Below, one piece after another: positions 1 through 10,409 of a stretch of DNA of 64,000 bases (its first letter is position 1; every line of letters begins with the position of its first letter). Location of the stretch: positions 1,888,001 through 1,952,000 of the forward strand of contig CAXXJJ010000004.1 of NCBI GenBank assembly GCA_963667015.2, written 5' to 3'. Position numbers and translations under genes: made by a program. Source of the DNA: Desulfatiglandales bacterium (lineage in GTDB: Bacteria; Desulfobacterota; DSM-4660; Desulfatiglandales; HGW-15). Under the pieces are notes generated by a model. It was not told the origin of the DNA, searched no databases, and worked only from the letters and a program-made list of their open reading frames with translations.

Positions 1-1051
1 GAGGAATTCTTACTGATGCACTTCTGTTTCTTCTTGAATATGCCAGGTTAACAGGAGCTTCGTAACCGGGAACAAGTCTCTTGTAGCTGTTTGTTGTCGG
101 GTTGGTGAATGCAAGAAGACTTGGTGCATGTTTCAGGATACCACCGATTGCATACATTGCTGTTTCTGAAAGACCTGCATATCCGTCACCTGCAAAGAGA
201 TTTTCGCCATCCTTCCAGAAAGACATATGAACATGCATTCCGGTACCATTGTCACCAAACAGCGGTTTTGGCATAAAGGTTGCGGTTTTACCGTACAACT
301 TTGCAGTGTTCTTGATAACATATTTATATTTCAGCAGGTTGTCAGCCATCTGGACAAGGGGTGCAAATTTCATATCAATCTCACACTGGCCGCCGGTAGC
401 TACTTCATGATGCTGAGCCTCAATGGTTAGTCCTATCTTCTGCATGGTAAGAACCATGTCACTTCTTAGGTCCTGCATGCTGTCAGTGGGAGGAACCGGG
501 AAATATCCTTCTTTGTAACGGATTTTATAGGCAAGATTGGGGTTTTCCACCCTTCCGGTATTCCATGCACCTTCTGAAGAGTCAAGGTGATAATAACCCT
601 CATGCTGATTCTGGTCAAAACGCACACTGTCAAATACGAAGAATTCCGCTTCAGGACCAAAAAATGCTGTATCGGCAATTCCGAGGCTCTTAAGGTAGGT
701 ATCGGCCTTGCGAGCTATATTGCGGGGGTCTCTTGTGTAATCTTCACCCGTAATGGGATCACAGATATTACAGATCATTACAAGGGTCTTTGCCTTGAAA
801 AAGGGATCAATAAAAGCAGACTCTGCAACAGGCTTAATCAGCATGTCTGATTCATTGATTGCCTGCCATCCCCTGATGCTTGAGCCGTCAAAACCCATTC
901 CGTTTATAAATGTATCTTCGTCAACCTCACTTGTCGGGTATGAACAATGCTGCCACAGTCCGGGAAAGTCCATGAATCGAAGGTCTATCATCTCGACCTT
1001 TTCCTCTTTGATTAAATTAATTACATCTTTTGCTGTTTTTATATCAGCCAT
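1..1051 (-). CDS. glnA: Glutamine synthetase type I (3' end runs off the window)
   Basis: Manual translation from ATG at 1051: [35 protein letters not shown]...[10 protein letters not shown]...HHEVA...[25 protein letters not shown]. Absent from the ORF track because it has no stop in the window. Confidence 0.96.
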   Translation of the reverse strand, partial: MADIKTAKDVINLIKEEKVEMIDLRFMDFPGLWQHCSYPTSEVDEDTFINGMGFDGSSIRGWQAINESDMLIKPVAESAFIDPFFKAKTLVMICNICDPITGEDYTRDPRNIARKADTYLKSLGIADTAFFGPEAEFFVFDSVRFDQNQHEGYYHLDSSEGAWNTGRVENPNLAYKIRYKEGYFPVPPTDSMQDLRSDMVLTMQKIGLTIEAQHHEVATGGQCEIDMKFAPLVQMADNLLKYKYVIKNTAKLYGKTATFMPKPLFGDNGTGMHVHMSFWKDGENLFAGDGYAGLSETAMYAIGGILKHAPSLLAFTNPTTNSYKRLVPGYEAPVNLAYSRRNRSASVRIP

Positions 1052-1148
1052 ATCTTCCTCCTTAAATAAAGTTAGGTAAATTTTTTTTGGTGCTGCGAAT
1101 TATATCATTGAACATCAATAAGATGATATCGTTTTTCTGGAATAATTA

Positions 1149-1164
1149 AGCAATTGCTATGCCA
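1149..1164 (-). promoter_or_regulatory. Sigma54 (-24/-12) promoter of glnA
   Basis: Minus strand TGGCATAGCAATTGCT: GG-N10-GC spacing matches the TGGCAC-N5-TTGCW consensus, ~100 bp upstream of glnA. Confidence 0.85.
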
Positions 1165-1238
1165 GACCACACAAATTTATATACCCTGTATTTTCAAGAT
1201 GTTACCTATTGATTTATTTTTTTCAAATACAGCAAACA

Positions 1239-1252
1239 CTACAATATTGTAG
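1239..1252. promoter_or_regulatory. Putative enhancer-binding-protein site
   Basis: Perfect 14-bp palindrome CTACAATATTGTAG about 75-90 bp upstream of the sigma54 box; a related site TTACATATTGGTA follows at ~1269-1281. Confidence 0.5.
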
Positions 1253-1307
1253 ATTAATGCAGGCCAAGGTTACATATTGGTATCTTTTTTAAAAAGGATC
1301 TCCGCTG

Positions 1308-2381
1308 TCAGGCATTGAGATCAAAATATTTTTTTATCCCTGCAACTGAAATCCTTTTTTTTGCCCCCAGATAGCATAGCTTTGCAGTCCTTATTCTCTC
1401 AATCGAGTCCATCAGCCTGTTCATGGTAATTTGATTTTTCAGTAATTTCTTCCTTACACGCTCAATACTCTCAATAACATTTTCCTGATTCTCACAGATG
1501 AGCAGGATATCCGCCCCTGCCTCAAATGAGGCAGCCGCCCCCCGGGCCACACCAACGGTTTTTGAAATAGCCCCCATCTCAAGGTCATCAGTAATAATAA
1601 GGCCCTTATATTTCAGCCTTTCCCTCAATATACCGGTAAGGATCCGGTGTGACAGGGTCCCGGGATAATCGGGATCGATATCGGGATACAGGGCATGGGA
1701 GGTCATTATGCCTGATACTTTTTGTTTGATCGCCATTTTAAAGGGAATAAGCTGATCATTTTCCGTTTCACCATTTTCGTATCTTATTGTAACATTCCCC
1801 TGATGAGGATCAAAACTTGCCAGACCAAGACCGGGGAAATGCTTTGCAACTGCCATTATGCCCTTTTTCTGAAATACATCTATAACAATACTTCCCAGCA
1901 AGCCGACCTTTTCGGGATCATCACTGAAAATACGGTTTTTAAGATGTTTATCAGGCTCCCCTCTTTTGACATCCATAACAGGGGCAAGATCCATGTTGAG
2001 CCCCACCAGACTCATCTCCTTTGCAGTAATACCTGCAAACTCTTTTGCCTTTTTCTCAGGATCTGGAGACATACCGATTGACTCGTTGCCGGGAAAGAGA
2101 GTAAAGGGTTCTCTGAGCCTGGCAACGTTACCGCCCTCCTGATCCACTGCAATAAACATGCTGTCGCCATGATTTTTTAATGACACGGCCTGAATATCTT
2201 TGCACAGTTTTGCCAGCTGCAGCGGGTCCTTAATATTTCTGCGGAACAGTATTATTCCGCCAATGTGATAATCACGTATTAATGATTCAGTTTGTCTGTC
2301 AAGTTCAGGACCGGGAATCCCGATCATGAACAACTGACCGACATAACTGTTAATCTCTGAAAGGTCCATGATAGTATTCAT
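1308..2381 (-). CDS. nagZ: Beta-N-acetylhexosaminidase (GH3)
   Basis: AVDQEGG, APVMDV, KHFPGLG-x5-H and ITDDLEM GH3/NagZ motifs. Confidence 0.9.
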   Translation of the reverse strand: MNTIMDLSEINSYVGQLFMIGIPGPELDRQTESLIRDYHIGGIILFRRNIKDPLQLAKLCKDIQAVSLKNHGDSMFIAVDQEGGNVARLREPFTLFPGNESIGMSPDPEKKAKEFAGITAKEMSLVGLNMDLAPVMDVKRGEPDKHLKNRIFSDDPEKVGLLGSIVIDVFQKKGIMAVAKHFPGLGLASFDPHQGNVTIRYENGETENDQLIPFKMAIKQKVSGIMTSHALYPDIDPDYPGTLSHRILTGILRERLKYKGLIITDDLEMGAISKTVGVARGAAASFEAGADILLICENQENVIESIERVRKKLLKNQITMNRLMDSIERIRTAKLCYLGAKKRISVAGIKKYFDLNA

Positions 2382-2476
2382 TAAAACCCTCTTGTTGATT
2401 TTATTCTTTTGACATAACTTATATTTACTTATAATCAGATACCTTCAATTGCAACAGATAACTAAAGGAAACAGTC

Positions 2477-3391
2477 ATGAAAGCTATGATAATGGCGGCC
2501 GGTTTCGGTACCAGGCTGAGGCCTCTCACAGACAATCTTCCAAAGGCGCTTGTACCCGTGCTTAACAGACCTGTTCTTGAACGTAACATAGAATACCTTG
2601 GCAGTTACGGCATAAAAGACATAATTATTAACGCCCATTATCATTCAGACCTTATTCAGGACTTTACAGCATCATGTAAAATCCCCGGGACCAACCTCAC
2701 AGTAAGCATTGAGAAGGAAATACTCGGCACCGGAGGGGGGATAGCCCGCTGCAGAGAATTTTTAAAAGACAGCACATTTATTGTCATCAACAGTGATATA
2801 CTTACAGACACTAACCTTGATCAGGCCGCAAAATGGCATTTGGAATCAGGTGATCCTGTTACAATGATAGTTCACGACTGTCCCAGTTTTAACCAGATAG
2901 ATATTACCCCTGACAGCAGGGTCAAGGCAATAAATAAAAATACCGCACCGGGCAGGGTTGCTTTTACAGGCATACATATTATCTCGCCCGAGATATTCGA
3001 CTTTTTGCCGGAGAACGGATATGCCGATATAATATCCGAAGGCTACAATCCTTTGCTTGAATCAGGGAGATCAATAAATGCATTTATGGCAGTTGATCAT
3101 TACTGGTATGATATCGGAACAATAGAAAGCTATAAAAAAGCAACTCTGGATTTTTTAAATTTGGAAAATAAAAAGTTCATAAAAGGTGACAACACCCATA
3201 TTGATCCAACAGTGGCCCTAAGAAACTGGGCAGTAATCGGAAATAACGTTACAATCGGAAGAGACGCGGTAATAGACAGCTCGATAATCTGGGACAATGC
3301 GGTCATTGAAGAAGGAGTGCATATTAAAGACAGCATTGTTACACAGGAAAATAATATTGTCAGGGCCTCTGAGACAGACAACATTAATTAG
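2477..3391 (+). CDS. NDP-sugar nucleotidyltransferase (MurU/mannose-1-P guanylyltransferase-like) with C-terminal hexapeptide repeats
   Basis: MKAMIMAAGFGTRLRPLT..LPKAL, E.EILGTGGG, INSD, WYDIGT motifs; divergent from nagZ. Confidence 0.85.
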   Translation: MKAMIMAAGFGTRLRPLTDNLPKALVPVLNRPVLERNIEYLGSYGIKDIIINAHYHSDLIQDFTASCKIPGTNLTVSIEKEILGTGGGIARCREFLKDSTFIVINSDILTDTNLDQAAKWHLESGDPVTMIVHDCPSFNQIDITPDSRVKAINKNTAPGRVAFTGIHIISPEIFDFLPENGYADIISEGYNPLLESGRSINAFMAVDHYWYDIGTIESYKKATLDFLNLENKKFIKGDNTHIDPTVALRNWAVIGNNVTIGRDAVIDSSIIWDNAVIEEGVHIKDSIVTQENNIVRASETDNIN

Positions 3392-3445
3392 AAATTTCTT
3401 TATCATCAGTACAATAGGAAGTTGCAGGGAATATAATTGCCATTA

Positions 3446-4495
3446 CTAACGCACTTTCAGCAAAATAATAAAAAGAATACCCGTTAGCAACACCTGCAGC
3501 AGCATAAATCTTATAACCACCTGGGTATTGGACCAGCCTTTAACATGCCGGAAATAATCATGCAAAGGACAGCGAATGTTCCTGAACAGGTGTATCTTAA
3601 AGAGCCTGAGGAATACAAGCTTGAGCAATCCCGCACCACCGTTAAGCCAGAGAAGACTCCCGGTAACAATTAAAATAAAGGGATTTCCGGTCTTAAGAAG
3701 ACTTACCCCCAGCAGAAATCCAAGGGCGCGGGAACCCGCATCTCCCATAAGTACGCTGCTCGGGTAGGCATTGTACCATAAATATCCTCCAAGGCCTCCA
3801 AGGAATGTAAGCAGACAGATAGCCCATGATGCGGCAGTTGATGAGTACGGGATTTTAAGGTACTGGGAAATTTCTACATGGCCTATAATTACATACAGCA
3901 GTACAGCAAGAAAACTTCCGGCTATTCCTGTCAGGCTTCCGGACAATCCGTCCACACCGTCAGAACAGTTTGTCGTATTTATGGTTCCCCATATAATTGC
4001 AGTTGCAAGTATGCAAAACCAGAATCGTGATAAATGCACTACTGTTACAGTAAAGGGCAGCCATATCACCGGTACGTAATGCCATGTAAGAATAAGGGCA
4101 GCAGCTATGGCCAGAAAAAGATCAAGACTGCCTTTCAGTAATTCTCCCCAGGGCCGTGTACTTTTGTCATCAAGAAACCCTGTAAGCATGGTCAACCATG
4201 TGAGACATATTAAAAAATAATGTTCAGGTTCGGGAGGCATAACACAGGCTGCAATAATAAAACACACACTGATAAAAACAATCCCTGCACCTGTAGGTTT
4301 ACCCCTGGATTCCCGGCCATTAACTGTATTGGCCCGGCCACGGTCATTGGGCAGCCATCCATAAGTCGCAGGAAGAATGAACCATGTTACAAAAAAAGCA
4401 CCTGAAGCACCGAGCAGCAGCAGGAACAGATGTGAGGTTAAAAGCCTGAAGGGACCGAAATACGGTTCAAATAATGTACCCAGAAAAATGAGCAT
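3446..4495 (-). CDS. mraY: Phospho-N-acetylmuramoyl-pentapeptide transferase homologue (GT4/MraY)
   Basis: KPTGAG, GFLDD, NTTNCSDGVDGL, WYNAYPSSVLMGDAGS, PLHDYF; multi-pass hydrophobic protein. Confidence 0.8.
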   Translation of the reverse strand: MLIFLGTLFEPYFGPFRLLTSHLFLLLLGASGAFFVTWFILPATYGWLPNDRGRANTVNGRESRGKPTGAGIVFISVCFIIAACVMPPEPEHYFLICLTWLTMLTGFLDDKSTRPWGELLKGSLDLFLAIAAALILTWHYVPVIWLPFTVTVVHLSRFWFCILATAIIWGTINTTNCSDGVDGLSGSLTGIAGSFLAVLLYVIIGHVEISQYLKIPYSSTAASWAICLLTFLGGLGGYLWYNAYPSSVLMGDAGSRALGFLLGVSLLKTGNPFILIVTGSLLWLNGGAGLLKLVFLRLFKIHLFRNIRCPLHDYFRHVKGWSNTQVVIRFMLLQVLLTGILFIILLKVR

Positions 4496-4800
4496 AGATA
4501 AAACCCCTGTCGTAATAAAATATTATAATTGGATAAAACAATCCTTCTGTTTCCTGTATTCATGGAATATTTTCTGACAGGGTACATTGCAGACATGAAA
4601 GGAATATGAATAAAAAATGAAAAAATCTTGAAAATGGTCTGAATATCCGAATATACTTAATAAATTTTAAAAATTGGATATATCTTCTTAATATGGGGCT
4701 GGCATTATTACCTTGTATTCCTTTATAATAGCGAGTCGGCATTACATCAATGATGATTCATATATAAACATAGAAGCCTGCAAATCAAAGGAGAAAGAAT

Positions 4801-5361
4801 ATGAAAAAATATTTTTCAGCAGCTGCAGTAATACTGGCTATATGTATCAGCGGGTGTGCCACTACAGGTAAAACTCCTGCGGAAAAGCGCAAAGTAATCA
4901 TAGATATGAAGAATGAAGTACTTGGAGAGCTCTACAAACAGAAGCCTGATGTTAAACAGCAGATAGCCGGAGCCCCTGGTTATGCGGTATTCAGTAACGT
5001 TAATGTAAATATTATTTTTGCCAGTTTTGGCGGCGGATACGGTGTGGCAAAGAATAATAAAACAGGTAAATACACATATATGAAGATGGGCGAAGTCGGT
5101 GTCGGCCTGGGACTCGGGGCAAAAGATTTTCGTGTAGTATTCGTATTCCATAACGAAAAGGCCTATAACTATTTCATTGAACATGGCTGGGCATTCGGGG
5201 CACAAACCGATGCGGCAGCAAAATCCAGCGACAAAGGCGGTGCTGTCGGAGGTGAAATCTCAGCCAGTGATTTTACAATATATCAGCTGACTGAGACAGG
5301 CCTGGCTCTCCAGGCAACAGTAAAGGGCACCAAGTACTGGAAAGATGATTCATTGAATTAA
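4801..5361 (+). CDS. YSC84/SYLF-domain lipoprotein
   Basis: Lipobox ISGC; GYAVF...FGGGYG...GVGLGLG...GLALQATVKGTKY pattern. Confidence 0.75.
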   Translation: MKKYFSAAAVILAICISGCATTGKTPAEKRKVIIDMKNEVLGELYKQKPDVKQQIAGAPGYAVFSNVNVNIIFASFGGGYGVAKNNKTGKYTYMKMGEVGVGLGLGAKDFRVVFVFHNEKAYNYFIEHGWAFGAQTDAAAKSSDKGGAVGGEISASDFTIYQLTETGLALQATVKGTKYWKDDSLN

Positions 5362-5414
5362 TCTATGGAAATAAAAAGGAGGTTAACTTTAAAAAGCTAA
5401 CCCCCTGATTTTAT

Positions 5415-5490
5415 TGGAGGCGGCAACCAGACTCGAACTGGTGAATAACGGTTTTGCAGACCGCTGCCTTAGCCACTTGGCTATGCCGCC
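5415..5490 (-). tRNA. tRNA-Cys (GCA)
   Basis: GGCGGCATAGCCAAGTGGCTAAGGCAGCGGTCTGCAAAACCGTTATTCACCAGTTCGAGTCTGGTTGCCGCCTCCA; cloverleaf with encoded CCA. Confidence 0.97.
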
Positions 5491-5542
5491 CAAAATTTTA
5501 AGGTTAATCACGCTTCAGCGGGATTAACCTTTATTTTTTTAG

Positions 5543-5617
5543 TGGAGCGGGAAACGGGACTTGAACCCGCGACAATCACGTTGGCAACGTGAGGCTCTAC
5601 CACTGAGCTATTCCCGC
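5543..5617 (-). tRNA. tRNA-Gly (GCC)
   Basis: GCGGGAATAGCTCAGTGGTAGAGCCTCACGTTGCCAACGTGATTGTCGCGGGTTCAAGTCCCGTTTCCCGCTCCA. Confidence 0.97.
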
Positions 5618-5631
5618 AAAATATTTGGCCT

Positions 5632-5659
5632 ATTTTAGTGTTTTAATTCTTTTTGTCAA
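5632..5659 (-). promoter_or_regulatory. Sigma70-type promoter of the tRNA-Gly/Cys pair
   Basis: TTGACA-N16-TAAAAT on the minus strand just upstream of tRNA-Gly. Confidence 0.6.
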
Positions 5660-5705
5660 TAGAAAATACCAGTTTTTTTAATATATAACAGGTATATATT
5701 TTCCA

Positions 5706-6236
5706 TCATTTTCCTGACTTATATTCCTGGTAATATTTCATGACTCTTTTTACAAATGTCCGGGTCTCTTTATATGGAGGAATACCTTTATATTGATCAA
5801 CCTTCTCGGGACCGGCATTATATGCGGCAAGTACATGTTCCAGTTTATTGTCAAAACGCTCCATCAGTTTGCTTAGATACCTGGAGCCCCCGAATATATT
5901 CTGCGTAGGATCATAGGGGTCATCCACAGCCATTTCACCGGCAGTACCGGGCATTAACTGCATGAGCCCCTGGGCACCTTTTTTTGACACTGCCTTGTGA
6001 TCAAATCCTGATTCTGCCTTTATGACCGCCTTAACAAGAAACGGTTCAAGGCTGAATTTTTCAGCCGCATTTTTAATTATGTCATCATACTTTTTTATAA
6101 AGGCATCAGGGTTATCTCTTGCTTCCTTTATATAAAATGTATACCGGACATCGGACCTGACATTGGTAAAATGCCATTTACCGTCTTTATCTTTATATCT
6201 GTAGATATCAGCAAGGGACCAGGAAGAAAAAAACAT
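5706..6236 (-). CDS. Lytic transglycosylase (SLT domain, DUF4124-like N-terminus); start may lie further upstream
   Basis: AVIKAESGF..AVSKKGAQGLMQLMP, LAAYNAGP, IPPYKETR motifs. Confidence 0.9.
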   Translation of the reverse strand: MFFSSWSLADIYRYKDKDGKWHFTNVRSDVRYTFYIKEARDNPDAFIKKYDDIIKNAAEKFSLEPFLVKAVIKAESGFDHKAVSKKGAQGLMQLMPGTAGEMAVDDPYDPTQNIFGGSRYLSKLMERFDNKLEHVLAAYNAGPEKVDQYKGIPPYKETRTFVKRVMKYYQEYKSGK

Positions 6237-6388
6237 TAAAAAAAATGTCGATGACTGCCACTATCTTTGGCAGCATCGCACAGGCAACAGACTGAACGCT
6301 GCAGAGTGGAACCACTCGTTCTGCAGCGTTATATTTATGTCTTACTTTTTCTGAAAACAGAGAAAGCATCTACAGATACAATCCTTTT

Positions 6389-7030
6389 TTATTTTGTTTT
6401 TTCCCAGTCTTTAAGGAAGTTGGCAAGCCCTATATCGGTTAAAGGATGTTTAATAAGCTGTTCCATTACCTTATAGGGGATGGTTGCAATATCAGCACCC
6501 ATGGTGGCAGCGTCAAGTACATGAAGCGGATTCCTGATACTTGCGACTATTATCTCGGTCTCATATCCATAGGCTTCATAAATAGCGATAATCTGCTCGA
6601 TAAGTTCCATACCTGTCTGACCAATATCATCAAGCCTTCCTACAAATGGGCTTATATAATCAGCACCTGCCTTGGCGGCCATTAAGGCCTGAACGGCTGA
6701 AAAGCAAAGTGTTACATTTGTCCTGATACCTTCGCCGGACAGTATCTTTACTGCCTTGAGGCCTTCCTTGATAAGAGGTATTTTAATTACTATATTGTCT
6801 GCAATCTTGGCCAGTTCCCTTGCCTCTGCTACCATACCTTCTGCGTCTGTGCTTACAACCTCCGCACTTACAGGGCCATCTACAATGGCGCATATCTCTG
6901 TTATCAGTTCCTTGAATTCTCTGCCCTCTTTTGCTACCAGCGAAGGATTGGTTGTCACACCATCAAGCAGACCAAGTTCATTTGCCTTTTTAATCTCATC
7001 AATGTTTGCGGTATCAATAAAAAATTTCAT
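6389..7030 (-). CDS. tal: Transaldolase / fructose-6-phosphate aldolase family
   Basis: [41 protein letters not shown]. Confidence 0.92.
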   Translation of the reverse strand: MKFFIDTANIDEIKKANELGLLDGVTTNPSLVAKEGREFKELITEICAIVDGPVSAEVVSTDAEGMVAEARELAKIADNIVIKIPLIKEGLKAVKILSGEGIRTNVTLCFSAVQALMAAKAGADYISPFVGRLDDIGQTGMELIEQIIAIYEAYGYETEIIVASIRNPLHVLDAATMGADIATIPYKVMEQLIKHPLTDIGLANFLKDWEKTK

Positions 7031-7073
7031 TTGTCCCTCCCGACTCGGATATATTTTGTTAATTAATCTATCG

Positions 7074-7331
7074 TTAAGATTTTACTTTATCTTTATATTT
7101 TTCTGCACACTCTTTACTGCAGAACAATATTTCCTCTCCGCCCAAAACAGCCCTGTATGCCTCATTTCGGGGAATATAGGTTTTACAATAGGGGTCCTGA
7201 ACCATTTCGCTTATTACACCGGATGAAGATTCGCTGCCGGATATTTTTGAACCTGCCCCAAAGACCCTTTTTACAAGGCCGTAGAGTATATAGATCAGAA
7301 ATATAAAAAATAATAAGCGGATAAGACCCAT
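7074..7331 (-). CDS. YHS/TRASH-domain small membrane protein
   Basis: N-terminal TM helix; MVQDPYC...FCSKEC metal-binding motif. Confidence 0.8.
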   Translation of the reverse strand: MGLIRLLFFIFLIYILYGLVKRVFGAGSKISGSESSSGVISEMVQDPYCKTYIPRNEAYRAVLGGEEILFCSKECAEKYKDKVKS

Positions 7332-7828
7332 TAATTTTTCTCCATTAGCCTGACTTCCTGTTCTTCCAATGGAATCCCCTCAAGAATTTCTGCCATGCTC
7401 TTCCCCAGTACCGGGTGAACAAGCTCCGGCGCAATATCGGCCATAGGTGCCATTACAAACCGCCGTGTATGCATACGCGGGTGTGGAACGATCAGATTTT
7501 TATCATTTATAATCTCATTGCCAAATAAAAGCACATCAAGATCAATAACACGTGATTCCCATCTTACCCCCGACCTTGTCCTCCCCATATCTTTCTCTAT
7601 TCCCAGAAGCATCCCGATCAGTTCTCCGGGCGAAAGAGTAGTGTTGATGGCCAGGACAGCGTTTATAAACCATTTATCTCCCTCAATTCCAACAGGCTGT
7701 GTTCTGTAAAAGGGAGACAGCGCCTTTATATCACAAAAGGGTTGTTCTCTGATTGTATCCACTGCCTTGTTGCAGTTTTCGTACGGGTCACCCAGGTTAC
7801 TGCCGATACCTATATATACAGTTTTCAT
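7331..7828 (-). CDS. folK: 2-amino-4-hydroxy-6-hydroxymethyldihydropteridine diphosphokinase
   Basis: YIGIGSNLG, FINAV, RVIDLDVL, LIVPHPRM..RRFV. Confidence 0.95.
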   Translation of the reverse strand: MKTVYIGIGSNLGDPYENCNKAVDTIREQPFCDIKALSPFYRTQPVGIEGDKWFINAVLAINTTLSPGELIGMLLGIEKDMGRTRSGVRWESRVIDLDVLLFGNEIINDKNLIVPHPRMHTRRFVMAPMADIAPELVHPVLGKSMAEILEGIPLEEQEVRLMEKN

Positions 7829-7832
7829 CAGT

Positions 7833-8636
7833 CTACTTTAATCCCAGCACATCCTGCATATCATATAGACCTGCATTCCTGCTGATAATCCATTTTGCGG
7901 CCCTTACAGCGCCTTTTGCAAAATTATCCCTGTTATGAGCCCTGTGGGTCAGTTCAAGGCGTTCACCTATCCCGCCAAAGAGGACAGTGTGATCGCCGGT
8001 GATATCACCTGCCCTTACAGTCTGGATACCGATCTCTTCATCGGTTCTCTGTCCTATAATACCATGCCTTGCATAAACTGCTGTTTTCTCAAGATCTCTA
8101 TCTGTGGCCTCGGCAAGTTTTTTAGCCAGACCAATGGCGGTTCCGCTCGGGGCATCCTTTTTAAGCCTGTGATGGGCCTCAACAATTTCGATATCATAGT
8201 CACCTCCAAGGATCTTTGCCATTTCCGCTGCTACCTTGAACATGACATTAACTCCGACACTGAAATTAGGGGCAAAAACCACGGGTATATTTTTTGCAGT
8301 TTCCCTGATCTCCTTTTGTTCATCCTCAGTAATTCCGGTTGTGCCGATGACCATTGCCTTTCCGGCCGCTGCTGCTGTTTTTATATTGCTTATGGTTGCA
8401 GCAGGAACGGTAAAATCGATAACCGCATCCCCCGAGGCTATGATAGCATCAAGCGATCCGCTAACCTTTATGCCGTTTTCTCCGATACCGGCAACCAGGC
8501 CCGCATCCTGCCCCACATTGGGATTATCAGGGTGCTCAAAGGCGCCGGAAAGTGTTACGCCTTCTGTCTCATTTATAATATTTATAATCCGGATACCCAT
8601 ACGCCCGGCAGCACCGGCAACAATTACATTAACCAT
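7833..8636 (-). CDS. dapB: 4-hydroxy-tetrahydrodipicolinate reductase
   Basis: GAAGRMG, IDFT, IGTTG, EAHHRLKKDAPSGTA. Confidence 0.97.
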   Translation of the reverse strand: MVNVIVAGAAGRMGIRIINIINETEGVTLSGAFEHPDNPNVGQDAGLVAGIGENGIKVSGSLDAIIASGDAVIDFTVPAATISNIKTAAAAGKAMVIGTTGITEDEQKEIRETAKNIPVVFAPNFSVGVNVMFKVAAEMAKILGGDYDIEIVEAHHRLKKDAPSGTAIGLAKKLAEATDRDLEKTAVYARHGIIGQRTDEEIGIQTVRAGDITGDHTVLFGGIGERLELTHRAHNRDNFAKGAVRAAKWIISRNAGLYDMQDVLGLK

Positions 8637-8653
8637 TTTTTCCTCTATTCTAT

Positions 8654-9526
8654 TTATATCAGTCCGTAATCCCTTAACGCCTTTTTAAGCTTCTCAAGAT
8701 TTGCATCAGACATTGGCGCCAGGGGCAATCTTATTTCATCCCCGATTTTTCCCATAAGGGCCAGTGATGTTTTAACCGGTACAGGGTTGGTCTCATAGAA
8801 CATTGCCTGGCACAGGGGATAGAGTTTGAAGTATATTTCCCTTGCCCTTTCCATATTGCCATCCAGCCAGTTTTTGACAACATCGGCTGTGTCTTTCGGT
8901 ATGATATTGGCAACGACTGAAATCACACCTTTCCCGCCTATAGACAAAACAGGAAGTATCAGGTTGTCATCACCCGAAAGAAGAGTGATTTTATCTCCTG
9001 CAAGAGAGATGATATCTGTCATCTGGGCCAGGTTTCCTGAGGCTTCCTTAATTGCAACAACTTCAGGCAGCTCTGCCAGGCGGGCCACGGTTTCCGGAAG
9101 CATATTAACGCCTGTTCTCCCGGGCACATTATATAATACCTGAGGCAATGCAACTGCATCGGCTATAGCCTTGAAGTGCCTGTAAAGACCTTCCTGGCTC
9201 GGCTTGTTGTAATAGGGCGTCACCTGCAGGGTGGCATCAGCACCGGCCTTTTTTGCATGGGCAGAAAGTTCTATAGCCTCGCTTGTGCTGTTTCCACCGG
9301 TTCCCGCGATAACAGGCACACGTTTATTTATGGTTTCAATTGCTATATCTATTACTCTGGTATGTTCTTCAACGCTTAATGTGGCGGATTCTCCTGTTGT
9401 GCCGCATGGTACAATAGCGCTTGTACCGTTTTCAATCTGCTCTTCAATAAGAGCACGATATGTATCTTCATCGACTTTTCCATTTTTAAATGGAGTTATA
9501 ATCGCTACTATGGATCCCTGGAACAT
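8654..9526 (-). CDS. dapA: 4-hydroxy-tetrahydrodipicolinate synthase
   Basis: CGTTGES, TPYYNKP, LYNVPGRTG, IKEASG, LSGDD. Confidence 0.97.
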   Translation of the reverse strand: MFQGSIVAIITPFKNGKVDEDTYRALIEEQIENGTSAIVPCGTTGESATLSVEEHTRVIDIAIETINKRVPVIAGTGGNSTSEAIELSAHAKKAGADATLQVTPYYNKPSQEGLYRHFKAIADAVALPQVLYNVPGRTGVNMLPETVARLAELPEVVAIKEASGNLAQMTDIISLAGDKITLLSGDDNLILPVLSIGGKGVISVVANIIPKDTADVVKNWLDGNMERAREIYFKLYPLCQAMFYETNPVPVKTSLALMGKIGDEIRLPLAPMSDANLEKLKKALRDYGLI

Positions 9527-9572
9527 TACTGTTACTCCTCATATATTTTAATATAATTTTATATTTCAGATA

Positions 9573-10394
9573 TTAGAGAGCTTCTTCGTTCAATTCGCCT
9601 TTATATATTATCGAGGTTCCTCCTTCAAGCCATACGCGGCTGAAACTGTCACCTTCCTTTTCGAAATGTATTTTAAGCTCTTCACCTCCGCTTGTTGTCA
9701 CTGTAACGGGTGATGAGACCAGCCCCCTGACATTTGCTATGAGTGATGAGGCAATAGCGCCGGTGCCGCATGCGAGGGTTTCGTTTTCAACACCCCTCTC
9801 ATATGTGCGGACATATAACTGATCCGTGCCCTTAACACTCATAAAATTTGCGTTTGTACCTGCAGGCTGGAACATGCTGTGATACCGGATAGCCCTTCCC
9901 TGCTCATTTACAGGGATATCTTTAATATTTTCCACCTGCACGACAACATGCGGAACTCCGGTGTTAACAAAACCTGCATTCAACCAGCCCTGCTCAAGGG
10001 GAAGGTCTATATCGGCCTTCAATCCTGTGGGAACAGGCATAAGCACCTTTACGGTTCTTCCCGATACATCTGCTGAGATGGGCCCTGCCAGTGTCATAAA
10101 TGTCATGCTCTCACCGGTTATTCCACTTAAAAGGGCAAATCTTGCAGTGCATCTTCCGCCGTTCCCGCACATCTCCGCTACACTACCGTCAGAGTTGATA
10201 AATTTCCATTCAAAATCATATTTATCGGAATCAACAATAAATATCATGCCGTCAGCGCCGACAGATTCTCTTCGCCGGCATGCCCTTTCGGCAAGATAAC
10301 TCATTTTATCCTCCGGGATTTTTCCATCCCTGTTATCAATAAGGATAAAATCATTTCCTGTTCCGCTCATTTTCATGAATTCTATTTTTTGCAT
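9573..10394 (-). CDS. dapF: Diaminopimelate epimerase
   Basis: KMSGTGNDF, EMCGNGGRC, TGVPH, RTYERGVENETLACGTG. Confidence 0.97.
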   Translation of the reverse strand: MQKIEFMKMSGTGNDFILIDNRDGKIPEDKMSYLAERACRRRESVGADGMIFIVDSDKYDFEWKFINSDGSVAEMCGNGGRCTARFALLSGITGESMTFMTLAGPISADVSGRTVKVLMPVPTGLKADIDLPLEQGWLNAGFVNTGVPHVVVQVENIKDIPVNEQGRAIRYHSMFQPAGTNANFMSVKGTDQLYVRTYERGVENETLACGTGAIASSLIANVRGLVSSPVTVTTSGGEELKIHFEKEGDSFSRVWLEGGTSIIYKGELNEEAL

Positions 10395-10409
10395 TTATTT
10401 TTCCATCTA

